64,000 bases of DNA from Burkholderiales bacterium (GCA_026225235.1 JAMFSK010000087.1:4934-68933); one strand, 5' to 3'; positions 30,341 through 39,939 are shown, numbered from the stretch's first letter. Made by a program: numbers and translations. Notes: generated by a model not told the origin, from the sequence alone.

Positions 30341-30357
30341 TATTCCCAACGGGAATA
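30341..30357. promoter_or_regulatory. LysR-type (T-N11-A) palindromic box upstream of SDR-ABM-GST
   Basis: TATTCCC-AAC-GGGAATA. Confidence 0.55.
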
Positions 30358-30498
30358 ACGATTAGTCCCAGCTGCGGCCTACCGGTGATCGGTTCCCTCC
30401 TCTAACGTTTCAATGCTTCGGCGCCAACCCTGGCGCCCGCCGAGTCACTCCGAGATGGACGAACGGCGCAACGCAACCCAGATTGAAGGAACGCAGGC

Positions 30499-31236
30499 AT
30501 GAGCAAAAAACTTGAGGGTAAGGTCGCCGTAATCACCGGTGCTAGCGCGGGTATCGGCCTCGGTGTCGCCAAGGCGTTCGCCAATGAAGGCGCTCGCGTG
30601 TTCATCACGGGCCGCCGCCAGTCTGAAATTGATCGCGCGGTGGCGGAAATCGGCCACGGTGCAATTGGCGTTCAAGGCGACGCGGGCAAGCTTGCCGATC
30701 TGGATGCGCTGTATACGACCATCAAACAGAAGGCCGGGCGCATTGATGTACTGGCGTTGAACGCCGGTTTCTACGAATTTATGAAGCTCGGCGAGATCAC
30801 TGAGGAGCATTTCGACAAGACCTACAATGCGAACGTCAAGGGCCTGCTGTTCGGTTTCCAGAAAGCCCTGCCCCTGTTGTCAAAAGGTTCATCGGTGATT
30901 TTCACCGGCTCGATTGCCGGTTCCATCGGTATCCCAAGTATGTCGGTCTATTCATCGACCAAGGCGGCCGTGCGCAGCCTGGCGCGCGGCTTGATACTGG
31001 ACACTAAAGAGTTGGGCATCCGCATCAATGTATTGAGCCCAGGCCACACCCTCACTCCGGGACTGCAGTCGTTGATCCCCCACGCTGCGCATGCCGGCAT
31101 TGTCGACACGATTCCTTTGTCGCGACTGGGGAGCCCTGAAGACCTGGGTAAGGCGGCCGTATTCCTCGCTTCCGACGACAGTGCCTACATTACGGGCATC
31201 GAGCTCGATGTCGATGGCGGCGTCTCTCAATACTGA
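30499..31236 (+). CDS. Short-chain dehydrogenase/reductase
   Basis: TGASAGIG, NAG, YSSTK, SPG. Confidence 0.92.
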   Translation: MSKKLEGKVAVITGASAGIGLGVAKAFANEGARVFITGRRQSEIDRAVAEIGHGAIGVQGDAGKLADLDALYTTIKQKAGRIDVLALNAGFYEFMKLGEITEEHFDKTYNANVKGLLFGFQKALPLLSKGSSVIFTGSIAGSIGIPSMSVYSSTKAAVRSLARGLILDTKELGIRINVLSPGHTLTPGLQSLIPHAAHAGIVDTIPLSRLGSPEDLGKAAVFLASDDSAYITGIELDVDGGVSQY

Positions 31237-31326
31237 GCGATCGCCAAAACGAGGTGGCGTCGGACCGGCGCCACCTGTGAGATGGAAGGCTCAAAACGGC
31301 CACAGCGCAGACAGTGGAGAACAAAC

Positions 31327-31635
31327 ATGATTAAGCACGCTTTTTTTGTCCGACTTGAAGCCAAACTGGGAAAGGAGCAAGAGGTCGAAAACTTCCTTCT
31401 TACTGCAGGCCTTGAAATGACGAATCGGGAGACGACGACGCCTATCTGGTTCGCCCTCAAGATGTCGCCGACGACGTTTGGCGTCTTCGACGCCTTTGCG
31501 AATGAAGAGGACCGTCAGGCACATCTTCAGGGCAGCTTGGCCAAGGCCTTGATGGCGAGCGCCGACGAGCTGCTGGCAAGTCCTCCGACGATCGAGCCAA
31601 TCGACATCCTGGCCATGAAGAATCAGTTGCCCTGA
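31327..31635 (+). CDS. ABM-domain protein (putative quinol monooxygenase)
   Basis: VRLEAKLGKEQEVENFL...FGVFDAFANEEDRQAHL; GGAG RBS. Confidence 0.85.
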   Translation: MIKHAFFVRLEAKLGKEQEVENFLLTAGLEMTNRETTTPIWFALKMSPTTFGVFDAFANEEDRQAHLQGSLAKALMASADELLASPPTIEPIDILAMKNQLP

Positions 31636-31734
31636 GTCGTTCACGCGTCCGCTGGGGAGGAAGCGCTGTATCGCCTACTCTTTTCCCCGCAACTCGCCCC
31701 GGTCAACCTCGGCGATCCGTGACGGACGTTACAA

Positions 31735-32391
31735 ATGAGGAAAGAGACCGTGTTGAAGATCTATGCGTTCGCGACGCCCAACAGCGTGAAGGTTCCAATT
31801 GCGCTTGAGGAGTTAGGTCTGGAGTATGAATTAATAGCCGTGAATGTCCGGAAAGGTGAGCAAAAGCTTCCGTCATTCATCGCGCTAAATGCAAACGCCA
31901 AGGTCCCCGTGTTGGTGGACCTGCAAGGCCCCGCCGGCAATGCAATGACACTTACAGAGTCGGGTGCGATTCTGATTTATCTCGCGGAAAAGACGGGTCA
32001 TCTGCTCCCGACTCACGGCGAGGCACGCTCGCGTGTGTTTGAGCAACTATTCTTCCAAGGCACCGGAATAGGACCGGCGCTGGGTCAGTCGGGCTTTTTT
32101 CAGCGCCAGGCATCCGAAGTGATCCCGCTGGCAATCGCGCGCTTTCGCGATGAGGCGCATCGTACCCTTAGTGTCCTCAACCACACGCTCTCGACTCGGT
32201 CGTTCACGGCAGGCGACGACTACTCCATCGCGGACATCGCCCATTTTGGATGGATGTGGAGGAGGGATTTTGCTGGGATAGACCTGTCGGATTATCCTAA
32301 CGTGGCCCGCTGGTACGAACTCGTTCTCGCTCGTCCTGCAGTGTCCCGCGCGCTTGAGCGGGTCACCGCTCTAGTGCCCCCACAGGCATAG
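31735..32391 (+). CDS. Glutathione S-transferase (Nu class/YfcG-like)
   Basis: TPNSVKV, NAKVPVL, ESGAILIYLAEK, YSIADIA. Confidence 0.92.
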   Translation: MRKETVLKIYAFATPNSVKVPIALEELGLEYELIAVNVRKGEQKLPSFIALNANAKVPVLVDLQGPAGNAMTLTESGAILIYLAEKTGHLLPTHGEARSRVFEQLFFQGTGIGPALGQSGFFQRQASEVIPLAIARFRDEAHRTLSVLNHTLSTRSFTAGDDYSIADIAHFGWMWRRDFAGIDLSDYPNVARWYELVLARPAVSRALERVTALVPPQA

Positions 32392-32528
32392 TGATCTGCT
32401 CCCGGTTTCGAAAACACCAAATTAAGGTAGACAATGAAACCGGCGCAAGTGGAACTCAAACCCCTGACGCGCGATAAGCGATCGAACCTAAGACACGCGA
32501 CGGGTGTGACGATACTTGATCGCCCTCG

Positions 32529-34340
32529 TCACCCAAGAGCAACATCATCCAGCGGATGACTTCGCTGCGCCCCCCGCGGCAGCGGCTCACCAAACTGCAA
32601 AGCAGCCAACTGTGCGTAAAGCGGCGAGCGCTGCAGCAACTCGGCGTGACGGCCTTGTGCGACGATGCCGCCTCGATCGAGCACGACGATACGGTCGGCT
32701 TGCTGCACCGTCGCAAGCCGATGCGCGATGACCAATGTCGTGCGGTTTTGGGCCGCATTGTCCAGCGCCGTTTGCACAAGCCGTTCGCTCACCGCATCGA
32801 GTGCACTAGTGGCTTCGTCGAGCAGCAGGATTGGCGGATCCTTGAGAATGGCGCGCGCAATTGCAATGCGCTGGCGTTGTCCGCCGGAAAGTCGTACGCC
32901 GCGTTCACCAAGAAACGTATCGTAGCCTTCCGGCAGTTGCTCAATGAAACCGCTGGCTGCAGCCATCTCAGCGGCGCGTTGAGCCTGTGCAAGCGTGGCT
33001 TCGGGCATTCCGTAACGGATGTTGTCGAGCACACTGCCTGAAAAGATCACCGATTCCTGTAGCACGATGCCGATCATCTGGCGCAACGCGGAGAACGAGA
33101 CCTGATTGGTTGGCACGCCGTTTATCAGAATGCTGCCTGACTGCGGGTCATAGAAACGCAGCAGCAATTGAAACAGCGTGGTCTTTCCTGCGCCAGACGG
33201 CCCGACCAGTGCGACGTGCTCGCCGGGGTGCACGTCGAGCGAAAAACCAGAAAGCGCGGCGGTACCGGGCCGCGATGGATACGAAAAGCTGACGTTGGTG
33301 AAGCGGATGCCGTCGCCATGAACGGGCAGCGGCACCGTCTTCGTGGCTTGCGCGACAGGCGAGCGCACCGCCAGCAATTGCAGGAGCCGCTCGGTGGCGC
33401 CTGCGGCTCTCTGCAGATCGCCCCACACCTCGGCGATGGAGCTCACAGCACCCGCCGTGAACACGGCATAGAGAATGAACTGCGACAGTTGGCCCGCCGT
33501 CATATGCCCGGCCAGCACCGCCTGCGCGCCGAGCCACAGCACGAACACGATGGCCGCGAACACGAACACGATCACCACGGCCGTCAACGACGCGCGGGCA
33601 CGGATGCGAGAGAGTGCTGTCTCGAAGGCGGTCTCGACCGCTTCGCCGAAGCGTTGCGCTTCGCGAACCTCTTGCGCGTACGACTGTACGGTTGGCATGG
33701 CGTTGAGCACTTCACTCGCCAGTGCGCTAGCGTTCGCGACCTTGTCCTGGCTGGCGCGCGAGAGCTTGCGCACCCGCCGTCCAAACAGGACGATGGGCGC
33801 AACCACCACGACCAACGTGGCAATGATGTAACCCGAGAGCACCGGGCTCGTCACGATCAACATCGCCACGCCACCGATGGTCAGCAGGAAGTTTCGAAAG
33901 CCGAGCGACAGGCTCGTGCCGACCACCGCCTGGATCAACGTCGTGTCGGTGGTCAGGCGCGAAAGCACTTCACCCGTCTGTGTGGTTTCGAAGAACTGCG
34001 GGCTCATGTTCGTGACGTGGTCGTACACGGCGCGTCGCAAATCGGCCGTCACGCGCTCGCCGAGCCACGACACCCAGTAGAAGCGCAAAGCCGTTGCAGC
34101 CGCGAGGATCAGCGAAACGACGAAGAGCGCGATGAAATAACGATCGATGTGCGTACGCTCGCCGCCCGCGAAACCCCGGTCGATCAAATATCGGAACGCC
34201 ACCGGCAGAATCAGCGTCGCGCCGGCCGTCGTCAGGAGCGCGACGAACGCGAGTACCCAACGTCCCGCATAAGGACGCAGGAAGGGAAGGAGCGTCAGGA
34301 GCGGCGCTACGCGTAGCGTGCGGGGTACAGCTTTCGGCAT
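32529..34340 (-). CDS. MsbA-related ABC exporter (permease plus ATPase)
   Basis: [41 protein letters not shown]; start MPKAVPR. Confidence 0.92.
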   Translation of the reverse strand: MPKAVPRTLRVAPLLTLLPFLRPYAGRWVLAFVALLTTAGATLILPVAFRYLIDRGFAGGERTHIDRYFIALFVVSLILAAATALRFYWVSWLGERVTADLRRAVYDHVTNMSPQFFETTQTGEVLSRLTTDTTLIQAVVGTSLSLGFRNFLLTIGGVAMLIVTSPVLSGYIIATLVVVVAPIVLFGRRVRKLSRASQDKVANASALASEVLNAMPTVQSYAQEVREAQRFGEAVETAFETALSRIRARASLTAVVIVFVFAAIVFVLWLGAQAVLAGHMTAGQLSQFILYAVFTAGAVSSIAEVWGDLQRAAGATERLLQLLAVRSPVAQATKTVPLPVHGDGIRFTNVSFSYPSRPGTAALSGFSLDVHPGEHVALVGPSGAGKTTLFQLLLRFYDPQSGSILINGVPTNQVSFSALRQMIGIVLQESVIFSGSVLDNIRYGMPEATLAQAQRAAEMAAASGFIEQLPEGYDTFLGERGVRLSGGQRQRIAIARAILKDPPILLLDEATSALDAVSERLVQTALDNAAQNRTTLVIAHRLATVQQADRIVVLDRGGIVAQGRHAELLQRSPLYAQLAALQFGEPLPRGAQRSHPLDDVALG

Positions 34341-34530
34341 GAAAAATCCTAAACAGGAACGGAGTAGGCTTGATTGCAGCAATCCGTCGATCGGTTGCCG
34401 ATTATTCGGCGGCTAAACCGGTCATTTCGCCGGATGTGCCCGGGGCGCGCCCCGGCACATGCGACGGTTCCCTATAGTTGAGGACGATTCGGGAAGAGGA
34501 ATATTGTGGAGCGATTGACGACTGCGCTAG

Positions 34531-34704
34531 CTAGTTTCGGCCATCCGTCTCACCCGTCTCCCGCTCGCCCTCTGTCATTCCCTCCTTGAACCCCTTGATT
34601 GCACCGCCCAGGTCCGTACCCAGGCTACGGATCTTACCTGTGCCGAACACCATCGAGACGACTGCCAAAACGATTAGCCAGTGCACAACGCTGAGACTTC
34701 CCAC
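34531..34704 (-). CDS. tatA: Twin-arginine translocase subunit TatA (stand-alone copy)
   Basis: [43 protein letters not shown]; GTG start after GGAG. Confidence 0.92.
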   Translation of the reverse strand: MGSLSVVHWLIVLAVVSMVFGTGKIRSLGTDLGGAIKGFKEGMTEGERETGETDGRN

Positions 34705-34797
34705 GAATACGCTCCCTTTGTTTATATGGATCCATTCGGCCCGGTTGCCTTGAATCCGGTCGTACACGGATCGTAACGACGTTCGAACCGGCGATGT

Positions 34798-34834
34798 ATC
34801 AAAGCTGCTTATGCATTTCTCAAGAAATCCTGAT
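34798..34834. promoter_or_regulatory. CbbR-type LysR boxes upstream of oxdC
   Basis: TCA-AAGCTGC-TTA (TNA-N7-TNA) at 34799-34811, followed by TCA-AGAAATCC-TGA at 34820-34833. Confidence 0.55.
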
Positions 34835-34872
34835 TGGTCGTTTGATCCGCCAATTCTTAATATCTGCGGCAC

Positions 34873-35026
34873 GGTTGGACGGCAGCGTCTCGATCCTCCA
34901 GTGAGCCGCTTACCTTGAGAGACGGCTCACTGCAGTGCAGAGATCCTGCCGGGTCCAACCAACATCCTGTGTCGCATAAGCCGACACCCGGCTGCCAGGA
35001 ATCCATCAAGAGAGCTTTGTCAGGAG
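34873..35026 (+). ncRNA. Putative structured cis-regulatory leader of oxdC
   Basis: Nested stem GGTTGGAC/GTCCAACC, GGCAG/CTGCC, TCTC/GAGA, CAGTGAGCCG/CGGCTCACTG (34873-34960); second hairpin at 34965-35000 whose TCCTG can also pair with the RBS CAGGA. Confidence 0.4.
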
Positions 35027-35034
35027 AGTCGAAA

Positions 35035-36291
35035 ATGACTGATTTGAATCGTCGTCGTGTACTGGCCGGTGCAGCCGCCGGCGCTGTTGCGCTAGGTGCC
35101 TCGGTTGCCGCCAAGGCCGCAGAATTCGGAAATCCGGACAGCCCGCCGCAAGGCAGCATCAACTCGACGCCCGCTGCGCTCTCCGAACCCGGTCCGCAGA
35201 ATCCACAACTGCGCGACGTTCTGCCGTCGTTCAACAATCCGCCCGCGACTGATGTAGGCGGCATGCCGATTCCCTGGGCGTCCTTCAACGAAGCCCACAA
35301 GCGTATTCAAGCGGGCGGCTGGGCGCGCGAGGTCACGACGAAGGCTTTTCCTGTGTCGAAAGACATCGCTGGCGTGAACATGCGCCTCGGACCGGGCGGC
35401 GTACGTGAGCTCCATTGGCACCAGCAAGCCGAGTGGGCCATCATGGTCAGTGGCCAGGTGCGCATCACGACGATCGACACCAAGGGCCGTGCCGAAGTTG
35501 CCGATGTTCAGTCCGGCGACATCTGGTACTTCCCGCCAGGCCTGCCCCACTCGCTGCAAGGTCTGGGCGACAACGGCGGCGAATTCGTCCTGGCTTTCGA
35601 TAACGGTGCAGCAGGCGAATTCAACACGCTGATGGTGTCCGACTGGCTCGCCCACACGCCACCGGATATCCTCGCGCAAAACTTCGGCGTGCCCGCCGAG
35701 AAGTTCAAGGAAATTCCGCTGGATCAGTTATGGATTTACCAGGGTGCCCGTGCGGGCGCGCTCGCTGCCGATCAAGCCTACTGCGCATCGCCGGCGGGCC
35801 GTCCCGATCATCCCTTCGTCTTCCGCATGAGCTCGATGGCACCGACCATCTCGACCGCAGGCGGCGAAGTGCGCATTGTCGACAGCAGCAATTTCCCCAT
35901 TTCGAAGACGGTAGCAGCGGCACTCGTGACGGTGAGACCCGGTGGTCTGCGTGAACTCCACTGGCACCCGGACAGCGATGAGTGGCAGTACTTCATCAGG
36001 GGCACGGGCCGTATGACCGTGTTCAACACAGGACCTGCGGCGCAGACGGTGGACTTCAATCCGGGGGACATCGGCTATGTCGAGAAGAATCTCGGCCACT
36101 ACATCAAGAACACCGGAAACGAGGATCTCGTGTTCCTGGAAATCTTCAAGTCCGACCACTTCGCGGAGGTGACATTGTCGCAGTGGCTCGCCAGTGTGCC
36201 ACGCCAAATGCTCAAGGAGCACTTGCGCGTCGACGACGAAACGCTCGATACAATTCACAAGCTGAAGCAACGTCGCGACGTCATCGCATAA
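35035..36291 (+). CDS. oxdC: Oxalate decarboxylase-family bicupin with a Tat signal
   Basis: NRRRVLAG...AKA signal; GGWARE, two RELHWH Mn-site motifs; lid FDNGAAGEFNT retains the Glu of B. subtilis OxdC SENST. Confidence 0.9.
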   Translation: MTDLNRRRVLAGAAAGAVALGASVAAKAAEFGNPDSPPQGSINSTPAALSEPGPQNPQLRDVLPSFNNPPATDVGGMPIPWASFNEAHKRIQAGGWAREVTTKAFPVSKDIAGVNMRLGPGGVRELHWHQQAEWAIMVSGQVRITTIDTKGRAEVADVQSGDIWYFPPGLPHSLQGLGDNGGEFVLAFDNGAAGEFNTLMVSDWLAHTPPDILAQNFGVPAEKFKEIPLDQLWIYQGARAGALAADQAYCASPAGRPDHPFVFRMSSMAPTISTAGGEVRIVDSSNFPISKTVAAALVTVRPGGLRELHWHPDSDEWQYFIRGTGRMTVFNTGPAAQTVDFNPGDIGYVEKNLGHYIKNTGNEDLVFLEIFKSDHFAEVTLSQWLASVPRQMLKEHLRVDDETLDTIHKLKQRRDVIA

Positions 36292-36312
36292 GCAATACCG
36301 CCCTGCGTATCC

Positions 36313-36361
36313 GCGGCGCCGTGTTCGCGACGATTCGACCTGGATCTCGCCACGGTGCCGC
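36313..36361 (+). other. Intercistronic stem-loop between oxdC and mntH
   Basis: GCGGCGCCGTG/CACGGTGCCGC enclosing GCGA-GATTCG/TGGATC-TCGC. Confidence 0.45.
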
Positions 36362-36450
36362 GTCCGGATGGCCGGCAGTTCCGCCGGCACAGCGGCCTCA
36401 AGCACCCGTTCCGAATCGACACCACTCAGCACTTTGAAGAGGCGCCCATC

Positions 36451-37755
36451 TTGTTGACGACCATTAAACGAACCGCCAGCTACGCGTTCTCCGGCGAATC
36501 GACGCTCGACACGGTGACGGCCATGCGCGATACCCTCGACAACAAACGTGGCGGCCTGCGCGCGCTACTGCCGTTCGCGGGGCCGGCGGTCATCGCCTCA
36601 GTGGGTTATATGGACCCGGGCAACTTCGCGACGAACATCCAGGCGGGTTCGACATACGGCTATCAATTGCTTTGGGTGGTGCTGCTGTCGTCGTTCGGGG
36701 CCATGCTGTTTCAGGCGATGTCCGCCAAGCTCGGTATCGTCACGAGCCGAAGTCTCGCCGAAGTCTGCCGGGATGAGTTCCCGAAGCCGGTCGTGATAGC
36801 CATGTGGATCGGTTCGGAGATCGCCGCCATCGCCACGGATCTGGCCGAGTTCATGGGCGCCGCAATGGGGATTTCCCTGCTGTTTCATATTGCAATGGGA
36901 TGGGGACTGCTGATTATCGGCGTCATCACGGTTGCGATTCTCTCGCTGGACAAAAAGGGCTTTCGTCCGCTCGAAATCGTGATCGCGGCGCTCGTCACCG
37001 TCATCGGTGCGAGCTATCTCTGCGAGCTCTTTATCGCACCGCCGGACTGGCACGCGGCCATCTTTCATACCTTCGTGCCGCATCTGCAAGGCGACCACGC
37101 GCTAATGCTCGCCGTCGGCATCGTCGGCGCGACGATCATGCCACACACCATTTACCTGCACTCCGGTCTGACGCAAAACCGCGCACCCGCGCGCAACGAC
37201 TATCAACGCGGCAGGCTGGTGAAATTCTCGAACCGTGAAGTCGTGATCGCCTTGGGTTTCGCCGCGTTTGTGAACCTTGCCATGGTTGCCATGTCGGCGT
37301 CCGTGTTCGGCAAGCACGCACCCGGCATCGTCGACATCACCGCCGCGTACCACACCTTGACACCGGTTCTGGGTGTCGGTGCTGCCGCATTGTTCCTCGT
37401 TTCTCTGCTCGCGTCCGGCATTTCGAGCTCGGTGGTCGGGACCATGGCGGGCCAAAACATCATGCAGGGTTTCGTCGGATTCAAGACGCCCGTACTGGTT
37501 CGACGCCTGGTCACGATGGTCCCTGCGGTGATCGTCTGCATGACGTGCAACCCGATGAGCGCGATGATAGACAGCCAGATCGTGCTGAGCATCATCCTGC
37601 CGGTTCCACTCATTGCACTAGTCGTGCTGTCGTCGAAACCTTCAGTGATGGGTCGATTTGCCGCCGGCCGCAGGCTGATCGTGACCGCCATCATCGCTAC
37701 CGGCGTGATTCTGGCTCTGAACCTGATGCTCATCTGGCAGGCCGTGGTCTCTTAA
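36451..37755 (+). CDS. mntH: NRAMP-family Mn2+/Fe2+ transporter
   Basis: YMDPGNFATNIQAG, DLAEF, GATIMPHTIYLHS, GTMAGQ; TTG start at 36451 after GAGG (ATG 36523 possible). Confidence 0.93.
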   Translation: MLTTIKRTASYAFSGESTLDTVTAMRDTLDNKRGGLRALLPFAGPAVIASVGYMDPGNFATNIQAGSTYGYQLLWVVLLSSFGAMLFQAMSAKLGIVTSRSLAEVCRDEFPKPVVIAMWIGSEIAAIATDLAEFMGAAMGISLLFHIAMGWGLLIIGVITVAILSLDKKGFRPLEIVIAALVTVIGASYLCELFIAPPDWHAAIFHTFVPHLQGDHALMLAVGIVGATIMPHTIYLHSGLTQNRAPARNDYQRGRLVKFSNREVVIALGFAAFVNLAMVAMSASVFGKHAPGIVDITAAYHTLTPVLGVGAAALFLVSLLASGISSSVVGTMAGQNIMQGFVGFKTPVLVRRLVTMVPAVIVCMTCNPMSAMIDSQIVLSIILPVPLIALVVLSSKPSVMGRFAAGRRLIVTAIIATGVILALNLMLIWQAVVS

Positions 37756-38781
37756 CAAAGCGCGGGTGCGAAGTACCACGCCATGATGCCCACTGCTCGC
37801 GGCAATCGCCCCTATATCGAGAGCGACGTGTTCGACACGTTGGAGATCGATGTCCATTTGCACCTTGTCCATACCCGTGAAATGTTCGAGTCGCGCGCCC
37901 CCTTCGGTAAGAAGAAACTGCCGAAAAGCAAGGGCTGCCGGTGGCAAGTTCCGGTCCGCGCGATGGATTACACACCAATGGCGCTTGAGTGGAAAGCCCT
38001 GCACATCGAGCACGTTGAGCAAGCCCGCGCGCAGTTCAGACTGAACCGCCTGCGCAGATAGAAAGCTGATGCCCATCCCCGCCATCACCGATTGCTTGAT
38101 CGCTTCGGTGCAGCCGATCTCCATGAAACGTGGGGGCGACGCGTACGCGCTGAAGATGTCGTCAGCGGCACTCCGGGTATCGGTGCCGCTTTCCCTGACA
38201 ATCAGACGTTCCGCTGCAATACGTGAGTAAGGAATGTCACGCTCGTGGGCTAGCGGGTGAGTCGGCGAACAAACAAGGATGAACGGATTCGGCGCAAAGG
38301 CCTCGGCGACGATGCGCGGATCGTCCGGTGCGTGAATCACCACCGCGAGATCGATCTGTTCAGTATGCAAAAGGGCAATGAGCTGATCACGACTGCGCAC
38401 GTTCATATCAAGGTCCAGCCACGCTTTGCCCTGCATGAATCCACTGATGAGGTGAGGAAAAAGAGAGCTCCCCGAAGTGACGAGACCGACGCGAAGTCGC
38501 TGCAGGTCACCCACCTTGAGGCTTTCAAACGACTGTTCCGCAGCTTTCAGATCAGCGAGAATCATGCGGGTATGACGCAACATGAGTTCGCCTGCTTCCG
38601 TCAACGAGATTCGCTTACCTAAATGAAAGAATAGCGGCAAGCCCGCTTGATCTTCCATTTGCTTGATTTGCATGGATACCGCGGGCTGTGTCAGGTGCAA
38701 ATCTTCTGCCGCACGTGAAAAACTCAAATTTCGCGCAACGCTTTCGAAAGCTTTGATTTGGCGAATTGTTATATTTTTCAT
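37642..38781 (-). CDS. CbbR-like LysR regulator with an extended C-terminus overlapping mntH
   Basis: TIRQIKAFESVARNLSFSRAAEDLHLTQPAVSMQIKQME, RESGTDTR, EAIKQSVMAGMGISFLS, LDVQGFP. Confidence 0.9.
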   Translation of the reverse strand: MKNITIRQIKAFESVARNLSFSRAAEDLHLTQPAVSMQIKQMEDQAGLPLFFHLGKRISLTEAGELMLRHTRMILADLKAAEQSFESLKVGDLQRLRVGLVTSGSSLFPHLISGFMQGKAWLDLDMNVRSRDQLIALLHTEQIDLAVVIHAPDDPRIVAEAFAPNPFILVCSPTHPLAHERDIPYSRIAAERLIVRESGTDTRSAADDIFSAYASPPRFMEIGCTEAIKQSVMAGMGISFLSAQAVQSELRAGLLNVLDVQGFPLKRHWCVIHRADRNLPPAALAFRQFLLTEGGARLEHFTGMDKVQMDIDLQRVEHVALDIGAIAASSGHHGVVLRTRALLRDHGLPDEHQVQSQNHAGSDDGGHDQPAAGGKSTHH

Positions 38782-38992
38782 TGGCTACGAGTCTCCAGTG
38801 TTGCGGCCTTGTTGGAACATGCTACCGCGCCTTGGCAATCCATGCTCCGCTACCCTAATACGTCACACCATGGAGCCGCAATTTCCGATATATTCTTGTA
38901 AATATAACGGAAATCGCAGCGACTTCTGCTGAGCTCCCGCTAGAGCCCGTCACATCGACATCGCTTCGTTTTGCAAGAGCCTCGACGCGCCC

Positions 38993-39901
38993 ATGATCAC
39001 GATCTCCCGCTTCACGAATTACTTCGCAACGGTCGCCGCATACGGCAGCGTCCTGAAAGCCGCCGAAGCCTTGCACGTATCCGCATCGACGATCGACCAG
39101 CAGATTCTCCTGGCGGAAAAGGAAATCGGCGCGCGTATGTTCGAGCAGGCTGCCGGGGACTTACGCCTGACCGCAGCGGGAGAGGTGCTCGTCAAACTGG
39201 TTGATCGCTGGCAGTGCGACTATCGCCAAGCGCTGACGCAAATCGATGAGGATCAAGCAGTGCAACGCGGACACATCGACGTCGCGATCATCGATGCACT
39301 GACCGATGGTTTCGTCACCGAAGTCATCGCAAAGCTAGCGCACGATCATCCCGGGCTGACCGTCCACGTCCAAGTGCTCGACAACGAGGAAGTCGTGAGG
39401 AAGATCGTTGCGGGCGACGTGGATTTCGGGTTGCTGCTGACGCCCGAATCAACGAATGAACTCGAAATTCGAGCATCCGTTAATACGCCTCTGGGCATCG
39501 CGTTTGAGCCGGGGCACCCGCTGCACAGCAATGCGGAAATGTGCATCAGCGACACGCTGGACTACAAACCCATCCTTCCGGCGCCACCGCTCATGATCAG
39601 CAAACGCGTGACGTCGCTTTACCATCGGCATCAACTCGGTGCGCGTCGCTTCGTGACCTGCAACAACGCGAAGATGATGCGTTCGCTAGCGCGACGAGGG
39701 ATGGGCGTCGCGGTGCTCACCTGGCTCGATGTCGCGTCCGACGTTGGTTCCGGAGAGCTGGACTTTCGTCAACTACAAGACGACCATCTGAAGCCGCTGC
39801 AACTCCACCTATGTGCGGCCGCTCATCGGCAGCCTTCGCAAAGCGCGCGGCTGGTGATCCGCTATTTTGAAGCGGGTATGGCGGACATCGGATTTGCGTG
39901 A
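38993..39901 (+). CDS. LysR-family regulator
   Basis: GSVLKAAEALHVSASTIDQQI HTH; LTAAGE; GMGVAVL. Confidence 0.88.
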   Translation: MITISRFTNYFATVAAYGSVLKAAEALHVSASTIDQQILLAEKEIGARMFEQAAGDLRLTAAGEVLVKLVDRWQCDYRQALTQIDEDQAVQRGHIDVAIIDALTDGFVTEVIAKLAHDHPGLTVHVQVLDNEEVVRKIVAGDVDFGLLLTPESTNELEIRASVNTPLGIAFEPGHPLHSNAEMCISDTLDYKPILPAPPLMISKRVTSLYHRHQLGARRFVTCNNAKMMRSLARRGMGVAVLTWLDVASDVGSGELDFRQLQDDHLKPLQLHLCAAAHRQPSQSARLVIRYFEAGMADIGFA

Positions 39902-39939
39902 TCAGGTATCCCAGCAGATCCTTCCGATTTGCATGCTGC

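Noticed and set aside
34434-34460. GC hairpin downstream of tatA as an intrinsic terminator
   Set aside because: No U-tract on either strand; function unsupported
34860-36450. yybP-ykoY Mn riboswitch upstream of oxdC or mntH
   Set aside because: The characteristic GGGGAGUA...CGUCA...AGACC core was not found by eye; reported as an unknown structure instead
37642-38781. Calling the regulator cbbR (carbon fixation)
   Set aside because: No RuBisCO or cbb genes nearby; only subfamily resemblance
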